Part shown: piece after piece, positions 47,912 through 58,971 of the stretch
Position numbering within the stretch: the stretch's first letter is position 1
Layout of the letters: every line of letters begins with the position of its first letter
Position numbers and translations under genes: made by a program
The notes under the pieces: model-generated
Told to the model about the DNA's origin: nothing
The model's input: the letters and a program-made list of their open reading frames with translations, nothing else
Database searches by the model: none
Assembly: GCA_018060545.1 (NCBI GenBank)
Contig: JAGOVW010000002.1
Span: 141-64,140 of the forward strand
DNA length: 64,000 nt
Source: Minisyncoccota bacterium
Lineage (GTDB): Bacteria > Patescibacteriota > Minisyncoccia > Phycocordibacterales > UBA2100
Reading direction: 5' to 3'

Positions 47912-49108
47912 CTATTTCTTAATTGGCTTAAGCGTCATGCGGCGATCCTTTGGCTCAAAGAGGGTGATCGTAAACTGATACACCTTACCAAGTTCCAAGT
48001 TCTTGCGCAGATTCTCCTCGTTCTCGTATTCCGAGACGTGTACCAATCCTGCAACGCCTTCTTCAATAGAAGCGAGTGCACCGTGCTTGTTGTACTTGAT
48101 GACCACGGCATCAACCTGTTGGTCTTTCTTGTACTTCGCTGCGGCGGTCTTCCACGGATCTTCAGTGAGCGCCTTAATCGAGAGGGAGATTTTACCTTCC
48201 TTGATTTCGATTACCTTAACGTTCACGTTCTCACCTACCTTGTAGCGAGACTTAGGATCCTCAACGAGGCCCCAATCCATTTCAGAGATGTGTACCAAGC
48301 CCTCCAATCCTTCCTCGAGCTTCACGAAGACGCCGAAGTCGGTTGCGCCGGTAACGACACCCTTGATGACGTCGCTCACCTTGTACTTCTCAATCAATGT
48401 TGCTTTCTCGCCAGACTCAGCGCCCTTCTCAGAGAAGATGAGCTTCTGTTCCTTTGGATTTGCCGTGATGATGAGGAGTTCGAGCTTGGTGCCGATCAAG
48501 TTCTTCAACTCAGTGAAGATGCGGTCCTTGTCGCCATCTGGTACGCGTGGGTAGTGAGCCGCTGCAAGCTGTGACGCTGGCAAGAAGCCCTGGATACCCT
48601 GCCACTCGATGATGAGGCCACCCTTGTTTGCATCGGTAACTGGAAGTTCCAAGACGGTCTTCTGAGTAGCGGCCTTTTCAGCTTCGCCCCAGATGAGAGC
48701 TTGGCGTGCTTCGCGAAGCGAAAGCTCCACGTAGCCATCCTTGTTTTCACGCTCAACAATCGTTGCGGCAATGATGTCGCCGATGTTGACGTTCTTGAGC
48801 GTATCGCGAGCCGAGAGGTATTCGCGACCATAAATAATACCGGTGCCGAAAGGGTGGAGGTCGACGAACACGCGTGCGCGTCCGATCGCTACTACCGGCC
48901 CCTCTACTACCTCACCGAGTTCAGGAAGAGCTGGGGTGTCCTTCATCAAGGAGTCCATCAAGGTCTCCTTTTTTGGCACCACCACCTCGTCTGCATCGTG
49001 CTCCTGTGCTACCACAGGTGCTGCTGTTTTCTTCGCCATAGTGTTTTTGCGTGTCAGGTTCGCAGGCTCTTGCTTCCGTTCCTTTGCGGAGCGCTGCGGG
49101 TTAGCCAT
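47912..49108 (-). CDS. rpsA: 30S ribosomal protein S1 (short, 4 S1 domains)
   Basis: Repeated S1 domains (GEVVEGPVVAIGRARVFVDL..., VIKGVVTGATDFGVFVKL...). The start may be the internal MAKKTAAP. Confidence 0.8.
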   Translation of the reverse strand: MANPQRSAKERKQEPANLTRKNTMAKKTAAPVVAQEHDADEVVVPKKETLMDSLMKDTPALPELGEVVEGPVVAIGRARVFVDLHPFGTGIIYGREYLSARDTLKNVNIGDIIAATIVERENKDGYVELSLREARQALIWGEAEKAATQKTVLELPVTDANKGGLIIEWQGIQGFLPASQLAAAHYPRVPDGDKDRIFTELKNLIGTKLELLIITANPKEQKLIFSEKGAESGEKATLIEKYKVSDVIKGVVTGATDFGVFVKLEEGLEGLVHISEMDWGLVEDPKSRYKVGENVNVKVIEIKEGKISLSIKALTEDPWKTAAAKYKKDQQVDAVVIKYNKHGALASIEEGVAGLVHVSEYENEENLRKNLELGKVYQFTITLFEPKDRRMTLKPIKK

Positions 49109-49368
49109 TCACGGGGTTTATAAGGCGTGGAGGCACTATATATGAGAGGGGGAGAGGGTGCAACCTTCGGGTTGCATTACTTTTGCAGCGGTCCAGCATC
49201 TGGCGTGTACCAATTTTAGCTGGGTAGTAAGTCTGGTGCAAAGTAGCTTGTTTTTCGCAAACCCTTTAGAAACACGCATACATCGTTGCTACGATGTTGC
49301 TCTGCTCGGCTACCCGCCTGCGCAAGGTTTCTTTGGGGTCTGCTGGTATGAATTCTTGATAGCAAGAC

Positions 49369-49427
49369 GAAATATAAAGGTCGGTCCTTTATAAACGAAG
49401 AGACCCTCGCAGCGATGCTGCGAGGGT
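49369..49427. repeat. REP-like composite element: palindrome tataaagg-tcggt-cctttata followed by a GC hairpin (gaccctcgcagc-gat-gctgcgagggtc)
   Basis: Downstream of the BI-1 gene. Near-identical copies at about 50287-50337 and, partially, at about 50810-50856. Confidence 0.55.
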
Positions 49428-49455
49428 CCAGTTTGTCAGGGAGAGTTGCTGCCTG

Positions 49456-50193
49456 CTACAGCGCTTCGCCAACCACCTCACCAACCGTCGACGCGACCTC
49501 AGGAGCCAGCTGGCCCGTGCGTGCCAAGAGCCGCACGAACAAGTTGATCATATTGAGGTACATCGCCACGGCGTTGTACACCGCGTTGTTCAGGTTCGGC
49601 GGCATCCTCATCGCCTGATTCATGTCGTAGAAAATCAGGAGGGAGAAGAGGCCGATGGCGAACCAGTCCACCGTCGGTTGATGCAGTGCTGGCTTCATCC
49701 CGAAGTACTTGAGGATGAGCGGGCTCAGGTCTGCAAGCAAGAGAATCACCAATCCGGCAAACAGGAAGCCGAACCAGTGCTCGACCGACTTCGGCCAGAT
49801 AGCACCCAAGAAACCAATCACGACCGTGGCCGCGATGGTAAGCATGAGTACATTCAAGACCGAGCTGAGCTCGAACAACTTCACGTACGGTCCGACGATC
49901 GCCCCGGTAGGGAGGATAATCATCACGTAGCCGATGAGGCTGACGAGCCAGTTTCGCGACATGCCCGAGATGATGACGCCGGGGATAGTGATGGCGAAGT
50001 ACGCCACGATCCACCATCCGTTCGGTTTCATCGTGTAGGTCTGGGATGCCGTGAACGCGGCAAGCGCGATGCCGAAAGCGATGAACAGCGAGAGGGCAAA
50101 CAAGTAGCCTCCCACCGACATCGTATCTTCACCACGATGCTCCTTATACTCGAGATACATCTCCCGAGCCTCTGCCTTACTCTTCAAAGCCAT
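49456..50193 (-). CDS. Bax inhibitor-1/YccA (TMBIM) family membrane protein
   Basis: Start MALKSKAEAR, preceded by AGGAG. Seven TM helices typical of BI-1. Confidence 0.7.
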   Translation of the reverse strand: MALKSKAEAREMYLEYKEHRGEDTMSVGGYLFALSLFIAFGIALAAFTASQTYTMKPNGWWIVAYFAITIPGVIISGMSRNWLVSLIGYVMIILPTGAIVGPYVKLFELSSVLNVLMLTIAATVVIGFLGAIWPKSVEHWFGFLFAGLVILLLADLSPLILKYFGMKPALHQPTVDWFAIGLFSLLIFYDMNQAMRMPPNLNNAVYNAVAMYLNMINLFVRLLARTGQLAPEVASTVGEVVGEAL

Positions 50194-50286
50194 AAAAACT
50201 CCTATGGCGGTTGCTGACAAGGAACTAGCGTACTAAGTTGCGAGTTCCACTATTCACTGTACAACTATTATATGCAGTGTCAAATA

Positions 50287-50337
50287 CAAATATAAAGGTC
50301 GGTCCTTTATAAAATGACCCCGCGCAGTGCGCGGGGC
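50287..50337. repeat. REP-like composite element, second copy (same 25-bp palindrome plus ccccgcgcagtgcgcgggg hairpin)
   Basis: aatataaaggtcggtcctttataaa is identical to 49369-49393. Confidence 0.55.
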
Positions 50338-50375
50338 CATGGGAATAGCAAGAAGGCAAAGACGAGGGGTGCGCG

Positions 50376-50732
50376 CTACTTACGCCCCCATTCATCGTCG
50401 TGGCGAATAATGTCGTTCTCGTCGAAGGTGCCAAATGCAATCTCGAGAACTTCGTTATGTTGCCCCACACCCTCGAGTCGGTGCACGGTACCAACGGGAA
50501 TCCAAAATTCTTCGTCGGCGCGCGCATGATGCTGTCGGGACCCAATAGTGATGATGACGGAGCCTTTCAAGACACGCCAGTATTCACTCCGTTGTCGGTG
50601 CGACTGCAGACTGAGTTTTTTACCCTGTGACACGGTAATGATTTTTACCGTCGTGGCATCGTTGTGGGTAAACTGACGAAATTTTCCCCACGGGCGGGTT
50701 TCTTCATACGGTGTTGGACGCGTATGTGTCAT
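50376..50732 (-). CDS. Cupin-domain protein (mannose-6-phosphate isomerase-like)
   Basis: Start MTHTRPTPYEETRPWGKF, preceded by AAGGA. Cupin motifs. Confidence 0.6.
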   Translation of the reverse strand: MTHTRPTPYEETRPWGKFRQFTHNDATTVKIITVSQGKKLSLQSHRQRSEYWRVLKGSVIITIGSRQHHARADEEFWIPVGTVHRLEGVGQHNEVLEIAFGTFDENDIIRHDDEWGRK

Positions 50733-50809
50733 GTGTTGATCCTTGTTTGTGGGCTGATGTGCAATGAACGTACTACATGTATTCTGGCATAGAAACGCAC
50801 ACACTTTGA

Positions 50810-50856
50810 AACCATATAAAAGAGTGACCCCGCGGATGTTTGTCCGCGGGGTCGTA
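50810..50856. repeat. REP-like element, third (partial) copy (cataaaagagtgaccccgcgg-atgtttgt-ccgcggggtc)
   Basis: A similar AT-rich lead plus GC hairpin module. Confidence 0.45.
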
Positions 50857-51238
50857 AACGAGCTGAGAGGAGTACCACTCGTAGTGTAGTAGCCTGAGTT
50901 CCTCCTGCACATGCATCGTTCTCGCTTACCTGGCCTTCAGCCCGGGGCGATTCTGCATGGAATCTCCTTAGTTGGCGACATGCCGTCAGGCGCCGATTGC
51001 GCCGCTGGTGTGGGGGCTCGCAGAACGAGCCAGAACAACCATCGTCGTCGGATCATGAGCGTATCGGAGCATGTTCTCTCCTTCGGAGTCGTTGCGAACG
51101 GGTTTTGATCCCGCACGACCACCATTCCTCTTTGAATGGCGATAGCGAGGAATGTAGCAGGTGCACGTTCTGCGCGCAAGGCAGGGGTGGGGAATAGGCC
51201 AAGTCGCACAATCGAATCGAGCAGTGTAGAATGCGCGC

Positions 51239-51871
51239 ATGATCATCACGTACCACGGAGGCGAATTCATTAAATTGCAGGCGGGCGACACCGTTCTTGG
51301 TTTTAACCCCATTTCAAAAGAATCAAAACTCAAAGGCTCTTCTTTCGGTGCCGATGTTTGCTTCGTTTCTCTGAATCACCCCGATATGAACGGGGCCGAC
51401 CTCTGCTCACGCGGCGATCGCCAAGCCTTTGTCATTAAAGGACCTGGTGAATACGAAGTAGCGTCTATCTTTGCGGCTGGATATGGCACTAAATCACACT
51501 ACGACGAAGTGGAGTGGTACAACACCGTGTACTCATTGGAATTCGATGGCATGCAGATTGTGTATCTGGGTGCACTCGATGATACGAAACTTCCTGCCGA
51601 AGTAACCGAAGATCTGGATTCAATAGATGTCCTCTTTGTCCCGATTGGTGGTTTTGGTGTTCTGGATGCTGCGCAGGCGCATAAAATGGCTGTTGCCCTC
51701 GAGCCGAAAATAATCATTCCGATTCACTTCGGAGAAATTGGAGAGAAAGACGCACTCAAGCGATTCTTAAAGGAGGCAGGAGCAGAAGGTACTAAGGCAG
51801 TTGATAAGCTCACGATTAAACCAAAAGACATCGCTGGGAAGAGTGGTGAAGTGGTTGTTCTCGGTGCATAG
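51239..51871 (+). CDS. MBL-fold metallo-hydrolase
   Basis: 210 aa. Beta-lactamase-like fold with an HPD metal-binding motif (SLNHPDMNG). Confidence 0.55.
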   Translation: MIITYHGGEFIKLQAGDTVLGFNPISKESKLKGSSFGADVCFVSLNHPDMNGADLCSRGDRQAFVIKGPGEYEVASIFAAGYGTKSHYDEVEWYNTVYSLEFDGMQIVYLGALDDTKLPAEVTEDLDSIDVLFVPIGGFGVLDAAQAHKMAVALEPKIIIPIHFGEIGEKDALKRFLKEAGAEGTKAVDKLTIKPKDIAGKSGEVVVLGA

Positions 51872-51912
51872 CTACTTCACCTGGCACCACACCGACGTGG
51901 TAGTATTTCAAT

Positions 51913-52329
51913 ATGAAGCAGCTTATAGCTGATTTGAAAGAGCGCCCGAAGGAAGACCGTGCTGCATTCGCTGGCTTAATCGCCGGGGTCTTTGCGGTAG
52001 TGCTTTTTGTTGTGTGGGCGACTTTTTTTGTACGCGGTATCCAGCACAGCGCGCGCACCAATGCTGCCCGAGAGGTAGCTGCCGGCGAGGTGTACCAAGA
52101 TCCCGCATCTATGGCTCGCGATGCAGCAGAGGAGCTTTCTGCTCGCTACGATGACGCTGCCAATCAATACACCCAAATAAACAGCGCCGCTGCGCAAGTT
52201 GCCGCAGTAGGGCAGCTCCCGCTTGGCGAGGACGTGACCATTGGGTCGGTTACCGTATTGGCCACCTCCACGCCCACACCGAAAAGTGACGTCTCCGATG
52301 CTCCTGGGGCCGAAGAGTCTGGTTTCTAG
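51913..52329 (+). CDS. Membrane-anchored hypothetical protein
   Basis: N-terminal TM. Confidence 0.45.
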   Translation: MKQLIADLKERPKEDRAAFAGLIAGVFAVVLFVVWATFFVRGIQHSARTNAAREVAAGEVYQDPASMARDAAEELSARYDDAANQYTQINSAAAQVAAVGQLPLGEDVTIGSVTVLATSTPTPKSDVSDAPGAEESGF

Positions 52330-52381
52330 GGGCATTTGGTAGGGTGTTTTCTGGAAATGGTCGTGCTATAATGCCCCCGCT

Positions 52382-54880
52382 ATGGCAGCCAGAAAAGATG
52401 CAAGTCGTGATGGAAGTGGAGAGGCACGTGAAGTGGTGCACGGCCACATAACGCAGCGAAACATCACGCAAGAAATGCGTGAGGCATACATCAACTACGC
52501 TATGTCGGTTATTACCGACCGTGCACTTCCTGATGTGCGCGATGGATTGAAGCCAGTGCACCGTCGCATTCTCTATACGATGGGCAAGCTGGGACTCAGC
52601 TCGGGCGCCAAAACTCGAAAATCTGCAACAGTGGTGGGTGAAGTGATGGGTAAGCTGCATCCTCACGGTGACTCCGCTATCTATGAATCAATGGTAAAAA
52701 TGGCGCAGCCGTTCGTGATGCGCTATCCCTTGGTTATTGGTCAAGGTAACTTTGGGTCCATCGACGGCGATAACGCCGCGGCGATGCGTTATACCGAAGC
52801 AAAAATGTCTCGCCTCGGAGGTGAAATGCTCAAAGATATCGAAAAGGAAACAGTAAGTTTCGTTCCCAACTACGACAACACTGAAAAGGAACCAACGGTA
52901 CTCCCTGCAGCTGCGCCAAACCTGCTCCTGAACGGTACCTTGGGTATCGCCGTGGGTATGGCTACCAACATTCCGCCACACAACTTGCGTGAGCTCTGCG
53001 CAGCGGCCCAACACCTGATTGATGAACCTAAGGCAACCACCGAAGATTTGCTCCAGTTTGTACAAGGTCCTGATTTTCCAACCGGCTGTATCGCGTTCAA
53101 CCAAAAAGACATCAACCATGCGTATTCAACAGGACGCGGAGGCGTGTTGGTGCGTGGTGAGGCCGAAATAGTGGAAGGTAAGAAGGGTGATTTCCAGATT
53201 GTCATTACCTCGATTCCATTCCGCGTAAACAAATCTGACTTGCTGCAGCGCATTGCGGATTTGGTAAACGAGAAGAAGGTAGAAGGCATTCGCGATGCGC
53301 GCGACGAGTCAACCGACGATATTCGTATTGTTATCGAGCTCAAAGGTACGGGGCATCCTCAGACCGTTCTGAATGCTCTCTACAAGCACACGCAACTGGA
53401 GGAAACGTTCCACTACAACATGGTGGCGTTGGTTGATGGCGTGCCACAAACACTGTCACTCAAGTCTATTCTTGAATCATACGTAGGTCACCGCAAAGAC
53501 GTGGTAACAAAGCGCACGCAGTTTGATTTGAACAAAGCAAAAGATCGCGAACACATTCTCCTTGGGTTGAAAAAGGCACTCGACCACATCGACGAGATCA
53601 TCGCTTTGATTAAGAAGTCCCGCACCGTCGAAGACGCAAAGATGGGTTTGATCAAGACGTTTAAATTTTCCGAGCGACAGGCAGTTGCCATTCTCGACAT
53701 GCGCTTGCAGAAGCTTGCTGGTCTTGAGCGAAAGAAGATTGAGGACGAGTTGAAGGAGGTACAGGCAGAAATTGAGTACTTGGAATCTCTTCTGAAGAGC
53801 GACAAAAAAATGATGAAACTCATTCGTGACGAAATCAGTGAAATTGCCGAGAAATACGGTGACGATCGCCGCACGAAGATCATGAAGCGTGAGCTTAAGG
53901 AATTGAAGCCAGAAGATTTGGTGGTGGACGAGGAAAACGTGCTCGTCTTGACCCAAGGTGGCTATATAAAGCGCACAAACCCAAGCGAGTACCGTCGCCA
54001 GAAGCGAGGCGGAGTAGGTGTTGTGGATTTGAATACCAAAGAAGAGGATTTCGTCACCCAGTTCCTCACCGCGTCCACACACAACGATGTGCTGTTCTTC
54101 TCTGATAAAGGAAAGGCATACCAGATCAAGATGTACGAAATGCCTGAAGGCAAGCGCGCAACCCGTGGCAAATCAATCATGAACTTCCTCTCTATTGAGC
54201 AAGGTGAGAATGTCACGTCTATGCTGTGCATGCCACCAACAGCAAAAGCTGCTGAAGGGCTGGCGCTGATGTTGGTAACCAAGAATGGTACCGTCAAGAA
54301 AACAGACGCTGATCAATTCCATGCGGTGCGCCGCTCGGGGTTGATTGCCATCACGCTCGACAAAGGCGACGAGCTGATATCTGCACGCTTTGTGCGAAAA
54401 GGCGACGACGTTATCGTGGTCACGGCAAAAGGACAGTCCATTCGCTTCGCCGAGAAAGACGTCCGCTCAATGGGGCGCAACGCTGCTGGTGTGCGTGGCA
54501 TGAAACTCAGCAAAGGCGACTACGTCATTGGCGTCGGTGTGATTGGTAAAGATAAAGAAAAAGCAGAACTCTTTGTCATTTCAACAAACGGCTATGGTAA
54601 GCGCACACCGCTTAAAGAGTACAAAACACAGGGGCGCGGGGGTTCAGGTATCAAAACGGCGCAGGTGACGGGCAAGACAGGAGAACTGATGGCTGCATCG
54701 GTAGTAGATGGTTCGGAAGAAATCGTTGCTGTATCGCAGAAAGGACAGGTGATCCGCACCTCGTTTGAAGAAATTTCAGTCCTCGGCCGCCAGACTCAGG
54801 GTGTTCGTGTCATGAAGCTTCGTGAAGGAGACAAGATCGCTGCCTGTGTGGCACTGGAAGGTGGCAAAGAAGAGGAATAG
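52382..54880 (+). CDS. gyrA: DNA gyrase subunit A
   Basis: [26 protein letters not shown] and the active-site Tyr region. 832 aa. Confidence 0.9.
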   Translation: MAARKDASRDGSGEAREVVHGHITQRNITQEMREAYINYAMSVITDRALPDVRDGLKPVHRRILYTMGKLGLSSGAKTRKSATVVGEVMGKLHPHGDSAIYESMVKMAQPFVMRYPLVIGQGNFGSIDGDNAAAMRYTEAKMSRLGGEMLKDIEKETVSFVPNYDNTEKEPTVLPAAAPNLLLNGTLGIAVGMATNIPPHNLRELCAAAQHLIDEPKATTEDLLQFVQGPDFPTGCIAFNQKDINHAYSTGRGGVLVRGEAEIVEGKKGDFQIVITSIPFRVNKSDLLQRIADLVNEKKVEGIRDARDESTDDIRIVIELKGTGHPQTVLNALYKHTQLEETFHYNMVALVDGVPQTLSLKSILESYVGHRKDVVTKRTQFDLNKAKDREHILLGLKKALDHIDEIIALIKKSRTVEDAKMGLIKTFKFSERQAVAILDMRLQKLAGLERKKIEDELKEVQAEIEYLESLLKSDKKMMKLIRDEISEIAEKYGDDRRTKIMKRELKELKPEDLVVDEENVLVLTQGGYIKRTNPSEYRRQKRGGVGVVDLNTKEEDFVTQFLTASTHNDVLFFSDKGKAYQIKMYEMPEGKRATRGKSIMNFLSIEQGENVTSMLCMPPTAKAAEGLALMLVTKNGTVKKTDADQFHAVRRSGLIAITLDKGDELISARFVRKGDDVIVVTAKGQSIRFAEKDVRSMGRNAAGVRGMKLSKGDYVIGVGVIGKDKEKAELFVISTNGYGKRTPLKEYKTQGRGGSGIKTAQVTGKTGELMAASVVDGSEEIVAVSQKGQVIRTSFEEISVLGRQTQGVRVMKLREGDKIAACVALEGGKEEE

Positions 54881-54978
54881 TTTTTCACGGCCCCTGCTCG
54901 ACGCGGCTTCCAGGCTGTACTATAGTCGCCACTAGCACACGGTAGGATATCGTGCGCAGTAGATTAAAGGAGCAGCAC

Positions 54979-55251
54979 ATGCAGGGAGAATTTGTGGGGA
55001 CCTTCCACAAAGTAGAAGCCGGCTACGGTTTTCTCAAAGACGTGAAGGCACGCAACTCAAACGAACCGCATCCGGATGTGTTTGTACGGGTAACGGTCAT
55101 CAAGCAGACGCTCGATTGGCCCAGGAAAACTCTGGTTGATGCAATCAATCAGCGCAAGCTCAGGTTCCGGGTTCGCCCCAGCGAGCGCCATCCAGAGCGG
55201 TTCGAAGCTTTTGCGGTGCACGAGGCGGCCGACTGGCACCTGCACGACTGA
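54979..55251 (+). CDS. Cold-shock-domain-like (OB-fold) protein
   Basis: AAGGAG RBS. GTFHKVEAGYGFLKDV...DVFVRVTVI resembles a CSD. Confidence 0.45.
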   Translation: MQGEFVGTFHKVEAGYGFLKDVKARNSNEPHPDVFVRVTVIKQTLDWPRKTLVDAINQRKLRFRVRPSERHPERFEAFAVHEAADWHLHD

Positions 55252-55290
55252 ATGCCACAACGTCGCTGTCACTTTGCTCACAACCTCTTC

Positions 55291-55316
55291 GCCCGTCCAC
55301 TGTGTGGACGGGCGTT
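55291..55316. terminator. Bidirectional terminator (cgcccgtccac-tgtg-tggacgggcg)
   Basis: 11-bp stem between convergent small genes. Confidence 0.5.
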
Positions 55317-55338
55317 TCTTTCGCATGAAAGCCAGCAT

Positions 55339-55581
55339 TTACTCAGCTGCCTTTAATTGCGGCACGTGTGTACTTTCGTCGTGCGCGGCGCACACCTCAT
55401 TGAATCGCGTCTGGGCGATTGAGAGTGCCTGCGCAGCGGTGCCTTTGTAGACGGGAAGTTTCTCGAAGTCGCATGTTCCGTCGCTGTAAGCCGTCGCTAC
55501 GTACGGTTCAAAGAGACCGGGAACTCCTTCGTGATGTGGTGCACCATAGTCGTGGCCAATGACCGCCCTGTTTATTGCCAT
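55339..55581 (-). CDS. Small hypothetical protein (80 aa)
   Basis: Start MAINRAVIGHDY, preceded by GGAGG. Confidence 0.45.
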   Translation of the reverse strand: MAINRAVIGHDYGAPHHEGVPGLFEPYVATAYSDGTCDFEKLPVYKGTAAQALSIAQTRFNEVCAAHDESTHVPQLKAAE

Positions 55582-55725
55582 GTGCTTCCTCCGATTGGTG
55601 GGCCGCCCTCTATGCAAATGAAAGCAGTCTTTACCTTTCAGCGCAAGCCATCTACATGCGCGTAATGCGGAGCGTTTTCCACCAAGTAAAAAGTTATGCG
55701 AGTCTGGTGCGCTATACTTGTTCAC

Positions 55726-56367
55726 ATGCAAATGCGCGATTTGAGCGGCATCCCTGGCGTTGCCCAGCCCAAGACAGCTGCACAGACAGATGACATCGCG
55801 CGAAAGCGTGCACAAGACGATGTTGCCTCCACTGCGGGATTCGCGAATCCTGTAGAGAACATTTTGGCGATCGGACTGCAGAATGGCATGAAGGTAGCAG
55901 ACTTCGGTGCTGGCTCCGGTGCGTACACATTAGCTGCTGCACGAACGGTGGGTACCAATGGAAAAGTGTATGCGGTTGAAGTGCAGAAAGATTTGTTAAC
56001 ACGCATCAAAAATACCGCGTCACAACAGCACGTAGACAACATAGAAATCATATGGGGAGATTTTGAACTACCGCATGGATCACGAGTGGCCAACTGCCTT
56101 GTGGATGTCGTCATCATTTCAAATGCACTCTTTCAGTTGGAAAATAAGTCGGGCGCACTGCACGAAGCGCGTCGCATCCTCAAGCCCACGGGAAAGCTTG
56201 CTATCATAGATTGGTCGGAATCCTTCTCCGGCATGGGCCCGCCCACCAGCAGTGTGGTGCAGAAAGAAGCTGCCCTTGAGTTGGCGCGCATGGCGGGATT
56301 CACGCTGCTGGATGAATTCGATGCAGGTGCACACCATTACGGTCTGTTGTTGCGACCAGTTGATTAA
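55726..56367 (+). CDS. Class I SAM-dependent methyltransferase
   Basis: Motif I VADFGAGSG. Start uncertain. Confidence 0.6.
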   Translation: MQMRDLSGIPGVAQPKTAAQTDDIARKRAQDDVASTAGFANPVENILAIGLQNGMKVADFGAGSGAYTLAAARTVGTNGKVYAVEVQKDLLTRIKNTASQQHVDNIEIIWGDFELPHGSRVANCLVDVVIISNALFQLENKSGALHEARRILKPTGKLAIIDWSESFSGMGPPTSSVVQKEAALELARMAGFTLLDEFDAGAHHYGLLLRPVD

Positions 56368-56369
56368 CT

Positions 56370-57692
56370 ATGAATACCTCAAGTCCTTTTCAGCTCATCT
56401 TGCTCGGAGTATTCGGACTCCTGGGCGCTGGTGGTGTACTTTTCTTTGCATTGGGTGGGGGATTGGGCGGCGCTACAGAAGTGGTGGGGCCAGTACTGAT
56501 TTGGGGGACCCTCGATGCTGCGCCCTTTGAGCAGGTGATTAGCGGCATGGCTGAAGACGATCGCCGCTTGGCACAAGTGGCATATGAGAGGCACGATGCC
56601 CGAAATTTTTACAGTGAACTAGCGAATGCTATTGCGAGTGATCGCGGGCCGGATCTTATCCTTATCTCTCACGAATACTTGGTGCAACATTCCGACAAGC
56701 TACTTGCTATTCCATATGAATCACTGCCCCGACGTACGTTCGAAGAGAGCTTTGTAGACCAGGGTTCACTCTTTCTCAATGAGCAGGGTGTTCTTGGTAT
56801 ACCGATAGCCCTTGACCCACTGGTGATGTATTGGAACAAAGACATGATTGCCGCTGCAGGATACGCACTGGCTCCACAGTACTGGGATGAACTGTTTACA
56901 CTCGCCGAGCGCATCACCAAGCGCGATGATGCCAACAACATTCAGAAAAGTGTCATTGCCTTTGGCGAATACCAAAATGTTGCTCATGCAAAAGATATTC
57001 TTGCAGCACTCATACTTCAAGCGGGAGGTGAGATAACCTACCAAGATTCTCAGGGGCGCATTGTGCCGAGTCTTGCGTCTACAAATGCCGAGAAAACACA
57101 ACAGCCAGCACAGAGTGCGTTGCGTTTTTACACGGAGTTCGCCAACCCCAGCAAGAGCAAGACCTACTCGTGGAATCGCTCATTGCCCAATTCGCGCGAC
57201 GCATTTGCTGCGGGGGACGTAGCGCTATACATCGGCTTTGCCAGTGAATTGAATCTCTTGCGGTCACAGAATCCAAATCTAAATCTTGGCGTCGCTCCGA
57301 TTCCTCAAATTCGTGGAGGAGGGAAGACAGTCACCTACGGGGAAATGCAGGCGTTTGCCATTCCTCGAGGTTCTTTGAACCCTGCAGGTGCACGCTTGGT
57401 ATCGTTCGTTCTCGCGGCGGCAACACCGTCTCAGGTGCTGGCATCAGTGCGTGGTACTCCGTCCCCAAACCGTCAGGCTCTCGCCGACAATGCAGCGAGT
57501 AGTACAGCATCAACAGCAGATGCCGTCTTCAGGGAAGCTGCGCTTATTTCACGCGGGTGGTATGACCCCAATCCATTGCGCACAGAGCAGGTGTTTCGTG
57601 GCATGATAGAGGGCGTAACCTCGGGCGCCCTCAGATTAGGCGATGCTATACTGGAAGGCGACAAGGCTCTCCTGGAGCTCGTCAGTCAATAG
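56370..57692 (+). CDS. ABC transporter substrate-binding protein (family 1, sugar-type)
   Basis: 440 aa. N-terminal TM/signal. Typical SBP_bac_1 fold motifs. Confidence 0.65.
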   Translation: MNTSSPFQLILLGVFGLLGAGGVLFFALGGGLGGATEVVGPVLIWGTLDAAPFEQVISGMAEDDRRLAQVAYERHDARNFYSELANAIASDRGPDLILISHEYLVQHSDKLLAIPYESLPRRTFEESFVDQGSLFLNEQGVLGIPIALDPLVMYWNKDMIAAAGYALAPQYWDELFTLAERITKRDDANNIQKSVIAFGEYQNVAHAKDILAALILQAGGEITYQDSQGRIVPSLASTNAEKTQQPAQSALRFYTEFANPSKSKTYSWNRSLPNSRDAFAAGDVALYIGFASELNLLRSQNPNLNLGVAPIPQIRGGGKTVTYGEMQAFAIPRGSLNPAGARLVSFVLAAATPSQVLASVRGTPSPNRQALADNAASSTASTADAVFREAALISRGWYDPNPLRTEQVFRGMIEGVTSGALRLGDAILEGDKALLELVSQ

Positions 57693-57696
57693 ACAT

Positions 57697-58041
57697 ATGA
57701 AACTCCAACAAATCACCGTTCATCTCGCTGCGCTCGCTCTTGTGTGCCTCCCTGTTGCCGCTTCTGCGGCGGGCGGTACCCTTGAAAGTCCTCTTCGTTT
57801 CAATACGATTGCAGAATTCGTTGAAGGGCTGCTTCGAGCCGTGGTGTACATCGCGCTCCCGATCATCTCGCTTTTTATCGTGTATGCAGGATTTAAGTTT
57901 GTCACTGCGCAAGGGAACTCAGATAAAATTAGTGCAGCGCGTGACAACTTTCTGTACGTCGTCATTGGTGCGATCCTTATCCTGGGTGCGTGGGCGATTG
58001 CTCAGCTTATTGGCGGTACTATCAATGAGCTCCGTGGCTAG
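57697..58041 (+). CDS. VirB2/TrbC-like small two-TM 'pilin' protein (paralog 1 of 4)
   Basis: Signal peptide plus two hydrophobic helices, about 115 aa. Belongs to a tandem paralog array. Confidence 0.55.
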   Translation: MKLQQITVHLAALALVCLPVAASAAGGTLESPLRFNTIAEFVEGLLRAVVYIALPIISLFIVYAGFKFVTAQGNSDKISAARDNFLYVVIGAILILGAWAIAQLIGGTINELRG

Positions 58042-58042
58042 T

Positions 58043-58423
58043 ATGCGATACGTAGTGGTGGCCTCCACACTTCTCCTTATGCCAGCGGTAGCGTTTGCTG
58101 CGCCGTCTACCTTTAAAGAACTCGTGGATCGGCTCGTCGTGCTAATGGATCTCCTGGTGCCACTACTTATTACGGTGGCGCTTGTTTTTTATCTATTCGG
58201 TATTTCACAGAACGTGCTTAACTTTGCTGATCAAAAAGGTGGCAATGAGAAGATGAAGGCGTATATGCTGTATGGCGTGCTTATTTTATTTGTCATGGTT
58301 TCAATCTGGGGGATATTGCGCCTGATGTCTGACACACTCTTTTCAACAAGTGGTACGGCTGATTTTCTCGCAGAGCCTTCAGACAGCGCTTTCGATATTG
58401 ATTGCGGGCTGGGTGAGTGCTAG
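58043..58423 (+). CDS. VirB2/TrbC-like small two-TM 'pilin' protein (paralog 2)
   Basis: MRYVVVASTLLLMPAVAFA signal. ...LFVMVSIWGILRLM is shared with paralog 3. Confidence 0.55.
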   Translation: MRYVVVASTLLLMPAVAFAAPSTFKELVDRLVVLMDLLVPLLITVALVFYLFGISQNVLNFADQKGGNEKMKAYMLYGVLILFVMVSIWGILRLMSDTLFSTSGTADFLAEPSDSAFDIDCGLGEC

Positions 58424-58581
58424 CAAAGAGCTTCGACTCGTTTGCCCCAAAGGGATACGTGTTCGCCTCGCTCCCTTTCCCCTAAAGGGATAAGTGTTCG
58501 CTTCGCTCCCTTTCCTTATCCACACAGGGGTGTCGCATTTGCCCTTAAGTAACGTACCATTCCTGTATACAACGTAATTTA

Positions 58582-58959
58582 ATGATATTGCCCTATATGC
58601 GAAAGCACTTTATGAATCCTGCGCTTCTGGCTGTTGCAGCGCTTTTCTCTCCAGTTCTTGCGAGCGCCGCAGGTCTCGCTGATACGCTCAACCTCGTTCA
58701 GGGGTTCCTCAGTGCATTGGTGCCGATGATTATCACCATTGCAATCATCGTATTCTTCTGGGGTTTGGTGAAGTACTTGATGGAAGTTGGAGACAAAAAA
58801 TCGGAAGGTCTCCAGATCATGATGTACGGTATTATCGCTCTCTTCGTGATGGTTTCTATCTGGGGTATCATCAAGCTTCTCCAGGCTACGTTCAAAGTAG
58901 GTGATACAAACCCAATTGTTCCTAAGGCGATTCAAATCAGTGACACCCTGCGCCGCTAG
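58582..58959 (+). CDS. VirB2/TrbC-like small two-TM 'pilin' protein (paralog 3)
   Basis: ...IALFVMVSIWGIIKLL motif. Start may be MNPALL. Confidence 0.55.
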   Translation: MILPYMRKHFMNPALLAVAALFSPVLASAAGLADTLNLVQGFLSALVPMIITIAIIVFFWGLVKYLMEVGDKKSEGLQIMMYGIIALFVMVSIWGIIKLLQATFKVGDTNPIVPKAIQISDTLRR

Positions 58960-58971
58960 CGCTAATCCGCT

